Source: Takakia lepidozioides (taxonomy: Eukaryota; Plantae; Bryophyta). From it: DNA of 64,000 nt. A model generated the notes under the pieces. It saw only the letters and a program-made list of their open reading frames with translations. It searched no databases and had not been told where the DNA came from. This document shows, one piece after another, positions 35,801 through 50,060 of the stretch (within the stretch, counting starts at the first letter, position 1; every line of letters begins with the position of its first letter). Made by a program: the position numbers and the translations under genes. The DNA lies in contig CM060731.1 of the NCBI GenBank assembly GCA_030704615.1, positions 57,040,001 through 57,104,000 of the forward strand, in the 5' to 3' direction.

Positions 35801-38800
35801 GGCAGACAATGCTGCTATTCTGTATAGCAGATGCCCCAATAAACTTGAAAAACTACTGAATCTCACTTACAAATGAGATCCAAGTTGTTGGGTGTGACCA
35901 TGACTCAGAAACAAAAAGTGGAGAGCCATTGTAACCTCAAGATAGGTGAGAGTAAACCTTAGTATCCAGGCCCAACAAAGGGTCCAGGAGCCTTTGAGTC
36001 ACATAGGTAAAACTCTCCCATGGCCGGAGTTTGTCAGGCTGGAATCTCAGGCCTTGGCTATCGATGCACAAGGAACAACTACAGGGCTGCATGACATCTT
36101 CATCAACCACACAGGCAATAGGGACTCTCTCCTGCCCATTACTCAGGTCATGAGAGAGCACTATACGACCTTCCGGTCCCCCACTCTCTTCAATTTCAGC
36201 AGACTCCTGCACTCCTAAACCAGGCTCCTCCTCCTTGGGGTAATCTGCAGCAAATAGCATCACACCGATTTATAAGAGAACATTCCTCATATTCTATGAT
36301 TGCACTGTTGGCACCTACTCTCATTAGAGGGAAATTAACCTTGATATGACAAACCTGTGAGTTCTCAGATCTCAGGTCAAAATCCTTTTTGGTCCTGCCA
36401 TCCAGCTGCAGTGTGCAAGGCGGTTCTGTGGTCGCTATGGAGTGTTCTCATCCAACATATGCTAATTACATAAATGAGAGTGCCTAATAAACTTGAACTG
36501 GCGCTTGAGAGATAACAAAAGATTAAAAGATACCTACATCCAAGGTAAAGAAGCATTTGAGATGAAAACAAAGGCACCAGGACAAAACCTCAATTAGAAT
36601 ATCCTATTTATAGCCCATGGTAAGGACGCTTATTCATATGGTCAGGACCCCAGCTATGCAGATGAGAGCTTTTGATGACCTCCTGAATATTCAAACAAGA
36701 TCTACATGGCGCACCCTATGATTTCCAATTATGGAAGGCCTCAATACTTGTCAATAGCATGAGAACGTATGCCAACAAAAATGTTAACACCTTAATGACC
36801 TAATAGGATAGAAAAATAACTAAGCTGACTACCTGTATGCATTTCAACAGAGCCCTCTGTAAACCCATTCATATCCACTTCCAATGTCGGAGCCGGTCTC
36901 TCCACAGGATTGTAGGGTCTGCACCCATTGGGACACTTGTATCCCTCTCTGTGCCATCGAATCTCCACTTTTGCTTCACTGCAGAGATATGCAGCATGCA
37001 CGTGAAGGCGTGGAGGCAAATGCACGTACTTCTTCCCCAGTTCATGATAAAGCCAGGCCTGACAGCAGGCAACACGTGCTGCATTCAAAATCTGTGTTTT
37101 GTTGGGGAAGGACTGAAGCTTCGGACTTTGAGATGATGGCAGGATGCCATCCTCAGAGAGCGTGTAAAGGCCTGTCTTGGCCTTCCCTTGACCATCCGAT
37201 ATAAAGGCCTGCTTAAGACTTGGATGCTCAGCCTGGTGATGCCGTCCCAGGTCGGGTAACAGACGAAACCGTTTCCCACACTGGCGGCATTTATATTTAT
37301 TAGGGCTTGCAGATGTAGCAGCATTTTCCTCACTATAGGCAGACTCCCTCTTCAACGTCTCTTGCTTCACTGCTTTCATACGTTGTAAGATTGCCTCTGC
37401 CCCACCTCCTTTTTTCCTCACTGCCACCAGCTTTCCATTCCTCTGTGGCAGGTTCTTTGACTTAGCTCTAGCACGGGACCTCCATTTTTCCGCATCTCTT
37501 TCTTTGGGCAGCTCCTCGATGCCTGCAGGAGCTGTCTGCCTATCTTGCTTTTTCCGCACAGGAAGCTTGTGAGGAGGGGAGCTATCCAGTGATATCAACG
37601 AAGCGATGTTTCCAGAGGGGTCTATCATAGGTGATATAGAGGCATCTGAGCGATTTAGATGCTCAGCCTGGTGATGTCGTCCCAAGTCTGGCAATAGAGC
37701 AAACCTTACCCCACAATACCGACATGTGTACTTGAGATGGGGAGCAGATGCTGCACCATTTCCAGCATGCATGGCCAAACTCTCCTCGATGACCGCATAA
37801 GGTGTCCCAATACCATGTCCCACCATCTGATCCTTATGAGCCATCTCCTTGTGATGATGCAGGTCCCAGTGTGTGTCAAACTCTTCAGTACAATAGCAAC
37901 ATTTTTTCGGCATCTGGGCTGCCGGGATACCGGCCCCTACCTGACCAGCAAATTGCTTGCTGCTGAACAGTGATGAATGATGTTCTTCTACATGCTGCCA
38001 TAAGTAGTCAAAGTCCATGAACTGCTGGTCACACATGACACAGACTGACCAGGCTGAGTTCAGGCGATGGGATGGGTGCACAGACTTGTAGTGCCTCACT
38101 AGGCCCTGTCTGTTGGTGTATTGGTGTGCACAAACACAGCAGGCCAATGCCTTTTGAAACAGATTGGCCTCCTTCTTGTGCTGCTCCTTCCAGTGTTTCC
38201 CAAGTGACGACAGATGTGAAAAGTTCTCATGGCATAAACCACACATGTTCAACTTTTCCATATCAACTTGGGCACCCTGAATCTGCAGATCGAGAGACAA
38301 ACAGACGGTCTGATTTCAGAAGGCTCTGCTTGTTCTAGTAATCCTTCAATCCAAGCTGACCGACTGCAGAGGAGCAAACAGAATCATGTAGTCGTGAATG
38401 TCTTGATTTAACGAGTTCACAATCCACAATAATTTTTGAGCCAAAGATGGTAACAGAGGAAGAAAGAAATGACAGGAAATGACACTTTATAACGTCTCTG
38501 GAAAGCTCTAGAGCTTATGGGACAAGAGAAAGCAGGAAAAGAGAAAGACAGAGGGACCCACAACAAACAGCCAAAAACAACAACTATTGATGAAGGGATT
38601 GTGTAAGATGTAACACCTCATGCAGATGTGCTGCCAAGCATTCCTGATCCTTGTGGGAACACCTCTGTAAGAGATTGACCATCTCGGAATAGTCACTAGT
38701 ATCTCACCCAGATCTCGTAGTAGAAAGAAGAAATGAAAGAAGAAATCAAAGAAGAAATGTTCTTCAATTCAATTTTCCTTGTGTCATCTCTAGCACAAGT

Positions 38801-41800
38801 GGGGCGCGAATGGTCAACTGCAGGTTGTTCCACCTACAAGTAGAATGTAGGAGCCCACCCTAAACCTTCCTAATGCCCTTAGAAGAGAGAATGTACACAT
38901 AAGACGTTGTTTGCCGTAGCCCTGTTGCCATTGACCCCACGCCCAGTTTGAGCGGAACACAAAAGGACAGAACCTACCTTGGTCAGGGGCCTTAGAAGAG
39001 AGAGACAGATTTGCAGACACGTTATTGGGATGTAAGATTCTATCATCCCGCTTGACAGGAATGGGTCCTGATAAAACTGCAGCTTTGTCGGAAGATTGAC
39101 TAATTTTCAGGTCCACCTATCGTGTGAAGTTCCATCAGCTCCCACATGAGAGTCTGTTGAAGTCGTGCTTGAGGACATTTTCAAACCTTCAGTATTTTGT
39201 GGCAGTAGGGATGCAACACATAGTCCATGACGATCATAGAAGTTGGAGACGAGCATACCAAGAGGTCTTGAAACCAGTGTTTTTGAGTCTCATAGAGGTT
39301 GTGAGGACCCGGGCTGCCAGCCATGTGGGTGGTAGGGGTCACAACCTTGTCAAGAAGATAGGAAGACAGAAGATGGACAAGGCTGATTTCTCTTGAACTT
39401 TGAAGTCTTCAAGAGAAAGGAAGAAAGAAACTTTATAGCATCCATAGGAAGCTCAAAGAGCTTATGGGACAAAATAAAGCAGGATCGAGAAAGAAAGTAT
39501 GGCCCTCAACAAGCAGCCCAAAACAGTAATTCATCAACAGATCTCTAAGATGGAACGCCTCATGCAGATATGCTGCCAGGCAATTCCGATCTTCAGCAAG
39601 GGATTGGCTATCCCAGAATAGGCAATAGTACCGTCCCTGGATCTAAAAGTAGAGAGGGCAATGATATAAGATTCATGTTCTTCAGTTTCAATCTCCCCTT
39701 CTGTCATCTCTAGCGCAAGCCGAGACAAGCATTCAGCATGCTCCAGATACTCATCTACCAGACTCTATCTGCAGGCTGTGTCAACCCCCCCTGGACCTTC
39801 CAATGCCCTTCGAAGACGGGGATAAAGTTGCAGACATGAATTGGATTGTAAAAGGAGAAAGCAAAAAAGAGGTGGACACAGACCACGTTGGCTTCACCCG
39901 CCTGTCTACAGCAGGATCAACATGTCAGACGCTACCCTCAAGCATGCTGTTTGACAGAAAACTAAGCTAGATAATTGCAGCTAGTCACAAGTGAACAGAC
40001 TCACAGGATTGAAGCCGTTACAAAACAAGGTAACTGTGTAATGTGTAAGAGCTCAAAGATAGAACCTGGGAATGTACTAAGGAGCCCTACTGACTGTCAC
40101 TTGATTACCAAAGAGCCTAATGACAGAGAAGAGTTCCACCATTAATGGAACAAAAATGGTGTTCACACTAGCAAAGCCTAACTCATTCTGGCAATCCAGA
40201 AACAACGTCGAAGTGCTGAACTTAGTGACTTCACTGAAAGCCACTTATTAGCATTGCAAATGAGGAACAAAGAGTATTAAGACAATGCCAGCCCACCTTC
40301 AATGCTGAGTCCGAAGCATTTAGCAAGATGCTCGTTGGAAATTCTTTAGAAGAAATGTACTCATCCTCCAGCTCCTGCTTTGGCTGTCTACTGCCTGTAT
40401 CTTCTTTCGGAGGCAAACTGGTACATTGCAAAGAAGCTTTGGGGGATTCTGGGGAGATTGTATTGCCCCAGCAGTATTTGACTTCCCCTTTGGCTGTCTC
40501 TCCCTCTTCAAACACCAGATTTTTCAGCCTCTCCTTTTCCAAAGATAGAAGTTTCAACAGCATTTCAGCTGCTGGTATGTCTTTGGATGCCTCATCAGCC
40601 ATTGAGTCTAGAAGCTTACTGCGGTTCACACCATCCTTATCTGCATGCAGACATGAAATGAGAAGGAGCACAAGTAACAAGACTCAGGACCACAAGCTAT
40701 CCCATCAGCACCTTTTTGGACAAAAAAAGTACATGATGTTCACAGATTTTCACTCTCTCTAAAATACTCTGTCTCGATATCATTACTAGAAGAGGCTATT
40801 TACTTAGAGATGCTCAAAAGCTGGCCTGCTTCTACAACACACAGTTACTTAAATAAACACTCCAAGCACAAAACAGTCAAATGCCTCGCCTCACTAGACA
40901 CTTCTTAGGAGAAAAACATGTGCAGAATACATCATTCCTTATGGTTGTTTGAAGTCATTATGGGGCATTTCACTGTTCTATGCTGTACATCTCCATAATC
41001 TGTGGGGAATAGCAAAGTGTATAGTTGTGACAGGCCTGCATTTAAGATCTTGCACAACAAGTTTCGTGCTCTGAAGATGCTTTTTTTCTCCTTGATGCTC
41101 ACTCCCTTCAAAAGTAAACTCAAGGCCTCTTCACCAATGAACAGTTCCTGAGATTTCACACCCCCTTGGGCAATTGAAGCTTTCAAATGCTTTTCACAGT
41201 ACATTGACCCTAGCTTAGCCCTGTGTGAACATTGGTCATCAGCGCGACGCGTCCGGCCAATGCAGCGTACACTCCTGATACTTGTTAGTCGTTCTGGTTG
41301 ACTGCCATTCAGGTCTGCTTGGTCCAGCATTTGAAGCAATCCAGGACCAGAACTCTCACCAGTTCCTGGCTGACCTAGTAGATCCTTTTCCAATGACCCA
41401 GTAGAACCTTTTCCAATGTTTTGCGATTGGGTAATATGTTGCTCACAGTACCCATATCCCAGCACTGGCTGACAGGTGCAACGTCCTCCATCCAAAGACA
41501 TGCCTTTACACACTCCAGTGGGAGGACTTCCTTGTTCCTGCTTAGCTGGGAGTAAGGAAGCTTGAAGAGAATGCTTCAAACAAAACATGAAACCATCTTT
41601 AACATTGTGGGTACACTGTGTGCCATGGAGAGTTGTGCCACTGCAACGAACATCCGAGGACTTCAGAAGACCAGCTCCCCCTCTGCCTCCTTCTCTGCCC
41701 TCATCTTCCACCTTAGGTGAAACCTCAGCATCATCTCTCTTCAAGGACGTAGCACCGGCTGCAAGATGGGCATGGGAGACACAAAAGTATGATCCCTCTT

Positions 41801-44800
41801 CCATTGGTTGAGCACACCGCCGGTTCTCTAGCCTCTTCAATTGAGCCATGCACATATTGCTGGGAACTACCTCTGCATCCATATCCACACGGGCAGCCTC
41901 TCCCAAACTCCGATGCTTTCGACAGTAAATTCCCTTGCTTGCTGGATGCTTGCAGCGTCTCTTTACTTTCTTGAAGAGCGCGGCACACCGCCAGCTATCC
42001 CTTCTATCCTTCCGAATCTTTGATTTCCGAGGAGGTCGACCAAATGTCTTTTCCATCAACTCGGAACTAGGTGCACCCAAGCCACCACGTGATGTATCAA
42101 GGAGGTTCTTGTAGATGATACGCCTCTTCTCATGTGACTGGCAAGCCTCCCTGTGTTCAGAGTCCTCTGGTTTGGAGTCGTTCTTGCCAGGGAGTTGTGT
42201 TGTGGAGGAGTGCGGCACAACCCATCCCTACATACGTTATTATCAGTTAAAACAATGGAAAGGGAGAGGACGAAAGGAAAATACAATTTCTTACACAAAC
42301 GACCAAGAGGATAGCAACAGCTGTATAGTTTATCCCCAAGGGAGTAGCAAACCACTGCTCTAAAACAGATTTAAAAAGCCTATTGAAGTTAATCATCAAT
42401 GAAGCTCTCGATTTCTACCTCATTCAACTGCTTGTGATAGAAAGTCAAGAGAAAAATAGTAACAAACCTGGGCATGAGACGAAGGGATCTCGCGCCTGAC
42501 TCGCTTCCTTGTCAGATCATGACCCTCTGAAGACCATGGCCGTTGACGGCCCGACCGCATGGTAGTCCGAACCCACCTTGGCAAGGGCTGGCCCTCATTT
42601 GATGTAGAAGGTTGGATGGCTGCAGTACGTTCATTAAGCTCAGCTATGTCAAACTCCAACTCTTTGAAAGCATCACCCTTCCATGTCTGCCACCCTGGAT
42701 CAAGGTCAGGTTGCTCAGGGGCACTCCAGAGGGGGAGAACCTTGTCCCACAGGATGAACCTGATTAACTCCTGCCATCACCACAATTGACCGCCCTACCA
42801 TTCATCAAGTTCTTACAATCCAATAGGAAAAAGCCAATGAACCACAAAAAGGTTCGTCTTGTTGAGGCAAGAACCAACACATGTATTTAATGGCTGTCCT
42901 TGTAAAATTGGCTGAAAAATATCCTGGAGGGCATAGTCTCTGCAGGATACTAAACTCCGGGAGCCAGTCATGGCATTCTATCTGCCACCGTACAAAAGGC
43001 AGCCCAAAAAGATGTGGAGCTCATACACAGACAGCTACAAACTGGTTACAGGGATTACAGGCTGATTTGAGGACAGGCATTGGCATAATAATAGTGTGTC
43101 AAGTGGAATAAAAACAACACAGAGATAGCACGACTGTTGAGACACTCATCAGATGGTGCAACAAGTAAGTCTGCTGGGCTTCTTCACTAGTTACTTTTAA
43201 CTCGGTACTGGGCCTTGCAGAGAGAGTCCCACTAAGTACACTGCTGAGACTATGACAAATAATCCAGATGATGATCCTCTCCTCGACTTGAACTACAACA
43301 TCGAAAAGCCTCCATAAACTGGCCCTTTGCTGTGCTAATAAATTGAGTTCCTGAGCGTTCTCGATGGTGGAGAAGCCGGGTGCCTTGAAACCATACCCAA
43401 CCTAAGGGATAAGTAATGGCATACACAGAAATACCGAGTGCTGATAATCCAGACATTCAACAGCTAAAGAAACACCCAGTGAGAACACCAATGCCATTGG
43501 CTAATCCATAAAATGCCTACCTCATTGAATTGAATCCATGACAGCCAAAGAGAGATCAAATAGACAGACCTGTGTCAGTTTTTCGACTGACCATGCCGTA
43601 TTAGCCTTCATACACTCTTCGGTCCACTCGCTAAGCCGCCGTTGGACCCAGGAAGAGGATACATAGGTAGGTTCAACTACCTACAGTAGATTACATTATT
43701 CATATCAGTAACAGTAAATCATCGGTAATATCTTGTCCAGGTAGTGAAACGCTTAGCAAAGGTCAACCCCACAGTAACAAAGGTCTAACATCTCAGTATG
43801 AGCCTGGATGTCACATGTCAACTGAGGCATCTGAGATCAAAAGACAGAGAAGACCTTGCACAGTAGACAACAAGTACTGCCTGTGGAGCAACATGAACAG
43901 TACAAAAATACACCAAGAATATGGCAATGCCCTTACAGCATGAAGGCGGACCAACAACAAGCCCAGCTCCTGATATCGGCAGGCTTGTGTGGCTTCACGT
44001 GCAAATGCCTCCCACACAGCCACATTTCGTGCCACTTCCACAACGGCCTGTCCAAATGAGATATCTTAGGAGGTTCAAGGGCTTCTCTAGAATCCAAGCT
44101 GAAGCCTTGGGCTCATGAGCTAATCATGAGCCACCGATTGCATAATTTCCCTGTACTCTAATACAAAGAATAAAACATATTGATTTCCTTGGTCAATCGG
44201 TCAATCCATGCAATCAACATCCTTCCAAACCCAACACAAAGAAAGGTCACATGGAATCAGGTAAAAGAGTAACGTGTTATTTTCCACATCCAAGGGTTAA
44301 ACTTTCGTGTAATACAAAGGTCCCACGCTGTAATTTAATTTGGTTTAGCCATATATTTTCAGATTCTATTCAACTTCATATGAAAAAGGCAAAGAAAAAG
44401 CCTTGGATTGCAGAAGCCGATGAGACATTGCTCCCAAGCACCCTTAACTTGCTTTGTTGAGCCATATATTAGACTTGTCCTTATGGTGTGGAACCTGGAC
44501 TGTATATAAACTATATCAAATTCAGTCAGAGATTTGGTCACCAATGGTTAAGCTAGTTAATATTGAGCAGCTGACGATTCGACAACCACAGAAAAATTGT
44601 ATATCCCTCAGAGAGCCAACAAGTTATACAGAATATACGTGAAATAGTAATCCATGACTAACTTAGTGTGGGCTTTTGGACCCTGCTAATGTTGGCACTT
44701 GGAGATTGTGTCTAACCAAAATACTGGAATGGAGTTAAAAAAAAATTAAGGATAAATGAGGAATAGTTATGAAGCTGGACTCGAAGGTAAACTTCAGGAA

Positions 44801-47800
44801 GATACATGTTAGATCATAACAAATCCAAATCCAACGCAAAAGGAAGGTTGACGCAGAGAGATGACTTAGAAGGGACACCTGGATATGGAGTCGATCACTG
44901 ATGTCAAGCATGTCCCAACCCAAACTCAGAAACATGCGGCGCCGGGGTGCACCTACATCCTCCACCTCCTCAAATCCCAAAACGTCTGTTCCATTTGCAA
45001 GGGGTGCTTGGTTGTTTGATATGTACACAACAGTTTCTGCATCCACCCATGAGTACTCCCGACTGATGGGCGAGTAGATTGCAGTGTACTCCTTCTGGCC
45101 GTAAGTGGGCATGGCCTTTATAGTGCTCGACCGCAAGTCGTCAACCCGACATTCAATGCCTGCCTGCCACTTGCCCCTCCACTGGCCACCACAAACACCA
45201 GTACAAATTTTAGATTCATCTGAGCACAGCAAACCCCTACTTGTCAGTATAGCTTCAATTAATGTCCTCCACATTTGCCGACTGCTTTAGATACAGGAAA
45301 TCTCTAGCAAATGCCCCTGAAATATAGAGTACCTATTCCTGCCTATGAGGGGTTTTACTCCACAGTTTAAACAAGAAACAGACTAACACATAACCTCGAT
45401 ATGTTCATACTGGGTGTATAAGGGCTATCTTCACATGACATTCTCTCTTCTCCAACATTCCACTCAAATGGAAGCAATGTGCCCAAAGGACTAACTAATT
45501 GTGTGAAGCAAATTGTGTGAGGGGAATCAGTGTTAGCCTAGCTGATGGTAACAAGGGTCAAAAGATGTCCAATGAGTAGCACGCGGGCTGAAGTTGTGTT
45601 GTCTTTACCTTGGTGGTGTTAAATTGAATGGATCTTAACCATCAATTACTAGACCTTTTACTCTATGGGTAACCAAACAGAAACTGTAGTTGACTGTGAT
45701 CTGGCTATACTGTGCACTAAAACTTTCTTTCAACAGTCACTGAGGGAGTGTGCAAACTACCCAACACTGGTGGAATTCGGTTTACTATGTCACTGGCTAC
45801 TCACAACTGCGACTTTGCATGGAAGATACTTTGTTAATGATGGCAAAAGTGGCCAAATTTATGGTTGAGTGTCAACCCACCTTTCATGTCATTACTAGCC
45901 CTCGAGTGAGGACCCACCTAAAGATGGGAGAGAATATTTGCACAGGCTGTAGATATTTACCTCCGTCACGACATAGAAGATGCTACAAGCAGTTCAACCA
46001 GGCACTAAACAGTTCTCTTAGCCATATTGTCAGAAGTCGGGATAGGCATATACATATATACACAGTAAATAGAAGCCTCAACAGGTGTGCTAAGAAGGAA
46101 GGTTTGCTTAGGATATGCCGACAAAGTGATAAACCACAATCACGGTTTAACAAGAAGGATACTTTGTAGCAGAAATGGATAAGGTAACTTCCTTGCCACA
46201 AGTCCAATGAAAGAGTTTGCTACAAAATTCTAGAATTGAAATAACCCCAAACAGTCTAGTGTTCTTGCAGTTGGCACTTCTTAATGGAGGAGCTAGTATT
46301 GCGCTGCCATATGACATACACAATGTTCTTCTTTTGTTTAAAAATACGGATCCAAAGAGCAGGCTGCCAACACATAAAAGCTTCCCCTGTACAGCTACCA
46401 TAGTAAAAATGCTGAAGAACACCAGGGAAATCCACCAAACTGGTAAGCATTGAGGGTTGTGTTAGTGATATGTAAGAATGAGTTGTAACTAATACCTAGA
46501 TAAAGTCCCAACAGCAGCATTCATGTATGGAAACACGAGCTGCAATTCATGGCTCACTGGCTAGCTAGGGTTCTCTCAACTGGGTTACATCTCTACTCCA
46601 ATACCAACCCTGGTTTACTTAACATAACTTTGTTCACAAACTTTGCCACGATCTTCCATGGCAGTTGACAAACCTACAACTTTATTTACCCCAACGCTTA
46701 CCATCATTGCCCTGGAAGTTGGAAGTCTATGGAATCCATTTCTGCCACCAATGTGTACATGCATCACTTCGAACTTCGGTTAAGGACCAGCTACAAATCT
46801 CATGATAAAAAGACAAAATTGTAAACATGTTCCAAGACAACGAGGGAACATGTGGAGGTAAGGTTACCTTCTTCTTTACTCTCGAAAACTAACATAGCAT
46901 ATCCATGAAAACTAGAACTGTCAGCAACTGGGATTAATTGCACTGGCTAGAATTGAGACCCTAAAAAGGTTCTATGCCGCTTGGAAGTTTGCACCAGGGT
47001 ATACTGACATCTGTAAACAGTCCACTAACCTACAACTTGCCTACAACTTGCGTCTTATTGTTAAACTAAACTTGCTTGACCTGCACCACATTCACACCTA
47101 ACAACCAACTTATGGTAACTCTAACCCATGAATCTGCTAAGACTCTAGGGGCACACCTTCCAAGGATAAGAGTCACCAGAACGGTCCGAGCATCCTCTTT
47201 ATGTTGGGCATGTACCGATCAGGGTTGGGGTAGTATCCCCACTCGGTGGAGGGGAGGTCTTTACTTAGGCTGGCTATGGCCGACATCTTCTCCCTAGCAT
47301 AAGACGATGATCGTACCATACGATACAAGTGTGTGTCTAAGCAGCTACACAACTTGCAGGAATGGATTAGCATCCAATTCCAACTAGCGACTAGAATGCG
47401 ACAATCACTATAGCACCTGAACAGGACAAAAACCGTCCGCAGAACCGAACAATACATTAGACAACTAAGGAACTTAAACGTTAGGCCATCCACTTTCGCA
47501 AACCAAAACAAAGCCAACAAATTCTACGTCGCCATTCGAAACGGCCAGCTCACCCCCTTTCCCCATAGTCCTTTTCTCCCCTGTTCGTGCTCAGTGCGGA
47601 GGCGGGCGGGCGCAAGCACCGCCCCTTTACTCGCTGTGTGACGGCCATGGCATCTCTCACTTCAGCGCTGGTTGGGGAGTCTATGGCGAGCGACGCAGGT
47701 CAGTCTCTCTCTCTCTCTCTCTCTTCTCTCTCGGCTATGGCATCTGGGTTATTGAAAGTTACACTTGTGAGTACGTCTCAGGTCTGTGTCTGCTCGCTCG

Positions 47801-48222
47801 AAACTGGGCACAGAGGCCTACGGCCACAAATCAAGAAAAGCATAGCTGATGTTCATTATCCCTCCCCCTTGGCCCAAATTGAGCCCACGTTCATGGCCGG
47901 AAGTACGACAAGCAACAAATCTCTTTCACACACACACTTGGGGTTGTGCGCACACCTTCACCCACACGGCCTTTCCACTGGCGGCATGGGCCATGTTCCG
48001 GGCCATAATATCCGCCTCGGAAACTTGAATTCCTTCTCCTTCCTCTTCCTCAGTTTCATGCCCGCCATTCTGACCTTCATCCCTTGCGCTGCCAATCTCA
48101 GCGTCAGATTGAGATCCACAAGCACCTGCCAACTCCGCAATTTCACCTTCTTTCCAATCAAAATGGTTCAAGTCAAATCCTGGAAAGTGTTCTCCCGCGC
48201 TCAGATCTTGTTGGTATTCCAT
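32864..48222 (-). CDS. SUVR5: SUVR5-like histone-lysine N-methyltransferase (CCCH and C2H2 zinc fingers, pre-SET, SET, post-SET), multi-exon
   Basis: Exons read AVWVK|WRGKWQAGI (47958 and 45177); CCCH fingers in 41030-42226; C2H2 fingers with LLPDLGRHHQAEH in 36833-38285; DLSNGQERVPIACVVD; pre-SET at 35455-35616 and 34862-34978; GWAVRA..FVCEYIGE at 34560-34663; GNVARFINH at 34302-34441; CAPNL at 33660-33746; GEELAYNY..CPCHCGGPGCSGRLY* at 32864-32971. The start codon and some middle exon borders are approximate. Confidence 0.92.
38480..39830 (-). mobile_element. Old non-LTR (LINE-like) fragments in a SUVR5 intron
   Basis: 38480-38790 and 39430-39720 are diverged direct copies (both translate AWQHICMR). 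38875-38970 matches 60145-60300 in inverted orientation. The LINE assignment is tentative. Confidence 0.5.
47704..47731. repeat. (TC)n microsatellite in the first SUVR5 intron
   Basis: tctctctctctctctctctcttctctc. Confidence 0.9.
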
Positions 48223-48859
48223 GACAAGGTAGAGCAACCTAGAGCTTTTCCCAAGCTTCACAGCTTTGCATCTTGCATGGGATCACCCCCCTAGCACCCA
48301 ATTCGCATCACACAAACCAGGTACGCTAGGATTCGATCCAAAATGTTACTGGTCAAAGCCAAACTTGGCTCCAACTCTCGCCCAAAGTCATTGAATGCCA
48401 GCAACAACAAGCACTGTCGGCCATTTCCCATGCAGCTACTAGGGCATCATCTACAAGTGTTCCAAAGCTCTGGTTTTCAAAATAAAAACCACACTTTCAT
48501 CCACCCCCACAACATCCTGGAACACCACTCATTACCATTCTCACCAACAAAACCCCCCAGCCTATAAAAACCTAAACCATTCCCTCCTCACGCACCCCCC
48601 CTCCCTTCATCTTCTCCTCCCCTCTCTCTCCCCCCCCGACCCCCCAACCCTAAGTTACAATCCCGCAAGCTCAAACGCCATAGCTCGCTTGGATCAGAAG
48701 GGCAGATGTGGGGCAAAGAACAAGTCTCCCAACAACCCACCTCTCCAGTACTAGCCTTTGCTGCGCTCTCCCTCTCGCCATCCCACGTCCTCTGTCGCCA
48801 TTTTGGCGATTGCCCCACCCCAACCCTTTCTTGCTTTCTTTGCCATATCGCACCGCCCG

Positions 48860-50060
48860 CCGTCGATGAAATCATCCACCGAATGGCTACAAACGGATGA
48901 AGCATCCAAATGATTAACGTATTGGGCTAAAGTCAGTCCTTCCAGTCATTCTCATGGATGAACAAGGTTCACTTTCAGAACATACCTGCACCCACGTACC
49001 TGAGTGATTTTGGTGAATGTCACGGATGCGGTCCATTCTCGTCCGCACTATTTCATCCATAGGTTTCTTCATTCGTTACGGTAGCAGCTGATGTTCCGTT
49101 TCATTCGTCCATGATGGACGGTGCTGTCCATATGGATGGATGAAGGGGTTTTAAATGGAAGAGACGCTAAAATGAAGTAGCGGTATGTAGAATGGGGGTG
49201 TCCTAATAATAAAAAGTCGGCTAAACATCCTTGTCACAGGTCACAGCCACCGTCACATTGTCAGAAGTAAGCTGCGCACACTCAACTTTTGATTTCATCC
49301 CTCACACGAGGCTTCGTCCATTCCTTCATCCATGTAGACACAATCTTAGTATATGCTACGGATGCAGTTATATTTCATCCTCCATATTTCATCCTCTAAG
49401 TAGCTTCAACCGTCAAAAGGGTTAATGTGAGATTTGTTTTTAATATATAGGCTAAAATCAAAGCAAATATAATTATAAGTAACATCGACCCTGCTTCGCA
49501 CTGAGTAATATCGGAAAGGATAAGAAAAAAGGATGCATTCTCACTTTTCATCCATAAAAATAAGTCTTCGTTCATTTGGACATCCATGGGGACAACCAGA
49601 ACTTTATGTCCTTGATTTGCCAATGAAGTCACCGAAGTGACACTGTGGAAGGGAAGCGATCGCTAGCGGAGGCGTATCTGTTCTGCTCTTGTCTAGAACT
49701 GTCGTGTCAGGGCACATGCGAACGGCACGACGACACGGAGCCTCTGTAACCTGTTGTGGCAGATGATCAAATACGGCCTGGCGGTCGCCACGCTTGTGGA
49801 GCACATGCGAGATACAGAATTCAAATGTAGAGTCAAAATGATTTTCTCCTAAATGTAGAGAAACATAAATTTATTATTTAACTAGTTTATATCTTATAAT
49901 GAGCCTAAATCATCGATGAAAGCATATGTTTCTCATCCACGAGGTATGTTTTCATTCTTCGGTAGCAGTTTCATCCATCAATACTAGTTCATGGACGCTG
50001 TAAATAAATTCATCCAACTCCATATTTTAAATGTTCTTAGTATGATGGATGGATAGTTTA
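48860..50060. repeat. Dispersed TTCATCC/GGATGA motif cluster, probable DNA-transposon subterminal region
   Basis: More than 15 copies in both orientations, immediately upstream of SUVR5. Confidence 0.55.

Noticed and set aside
26913-48222. Functional chromatin gene cluster (DNA methyltransferase-like next to SUVR5)
   Set aside because: The methyltransferase copy is a decayed, probably TE-borne insertion; adjacency alone is not evidence.
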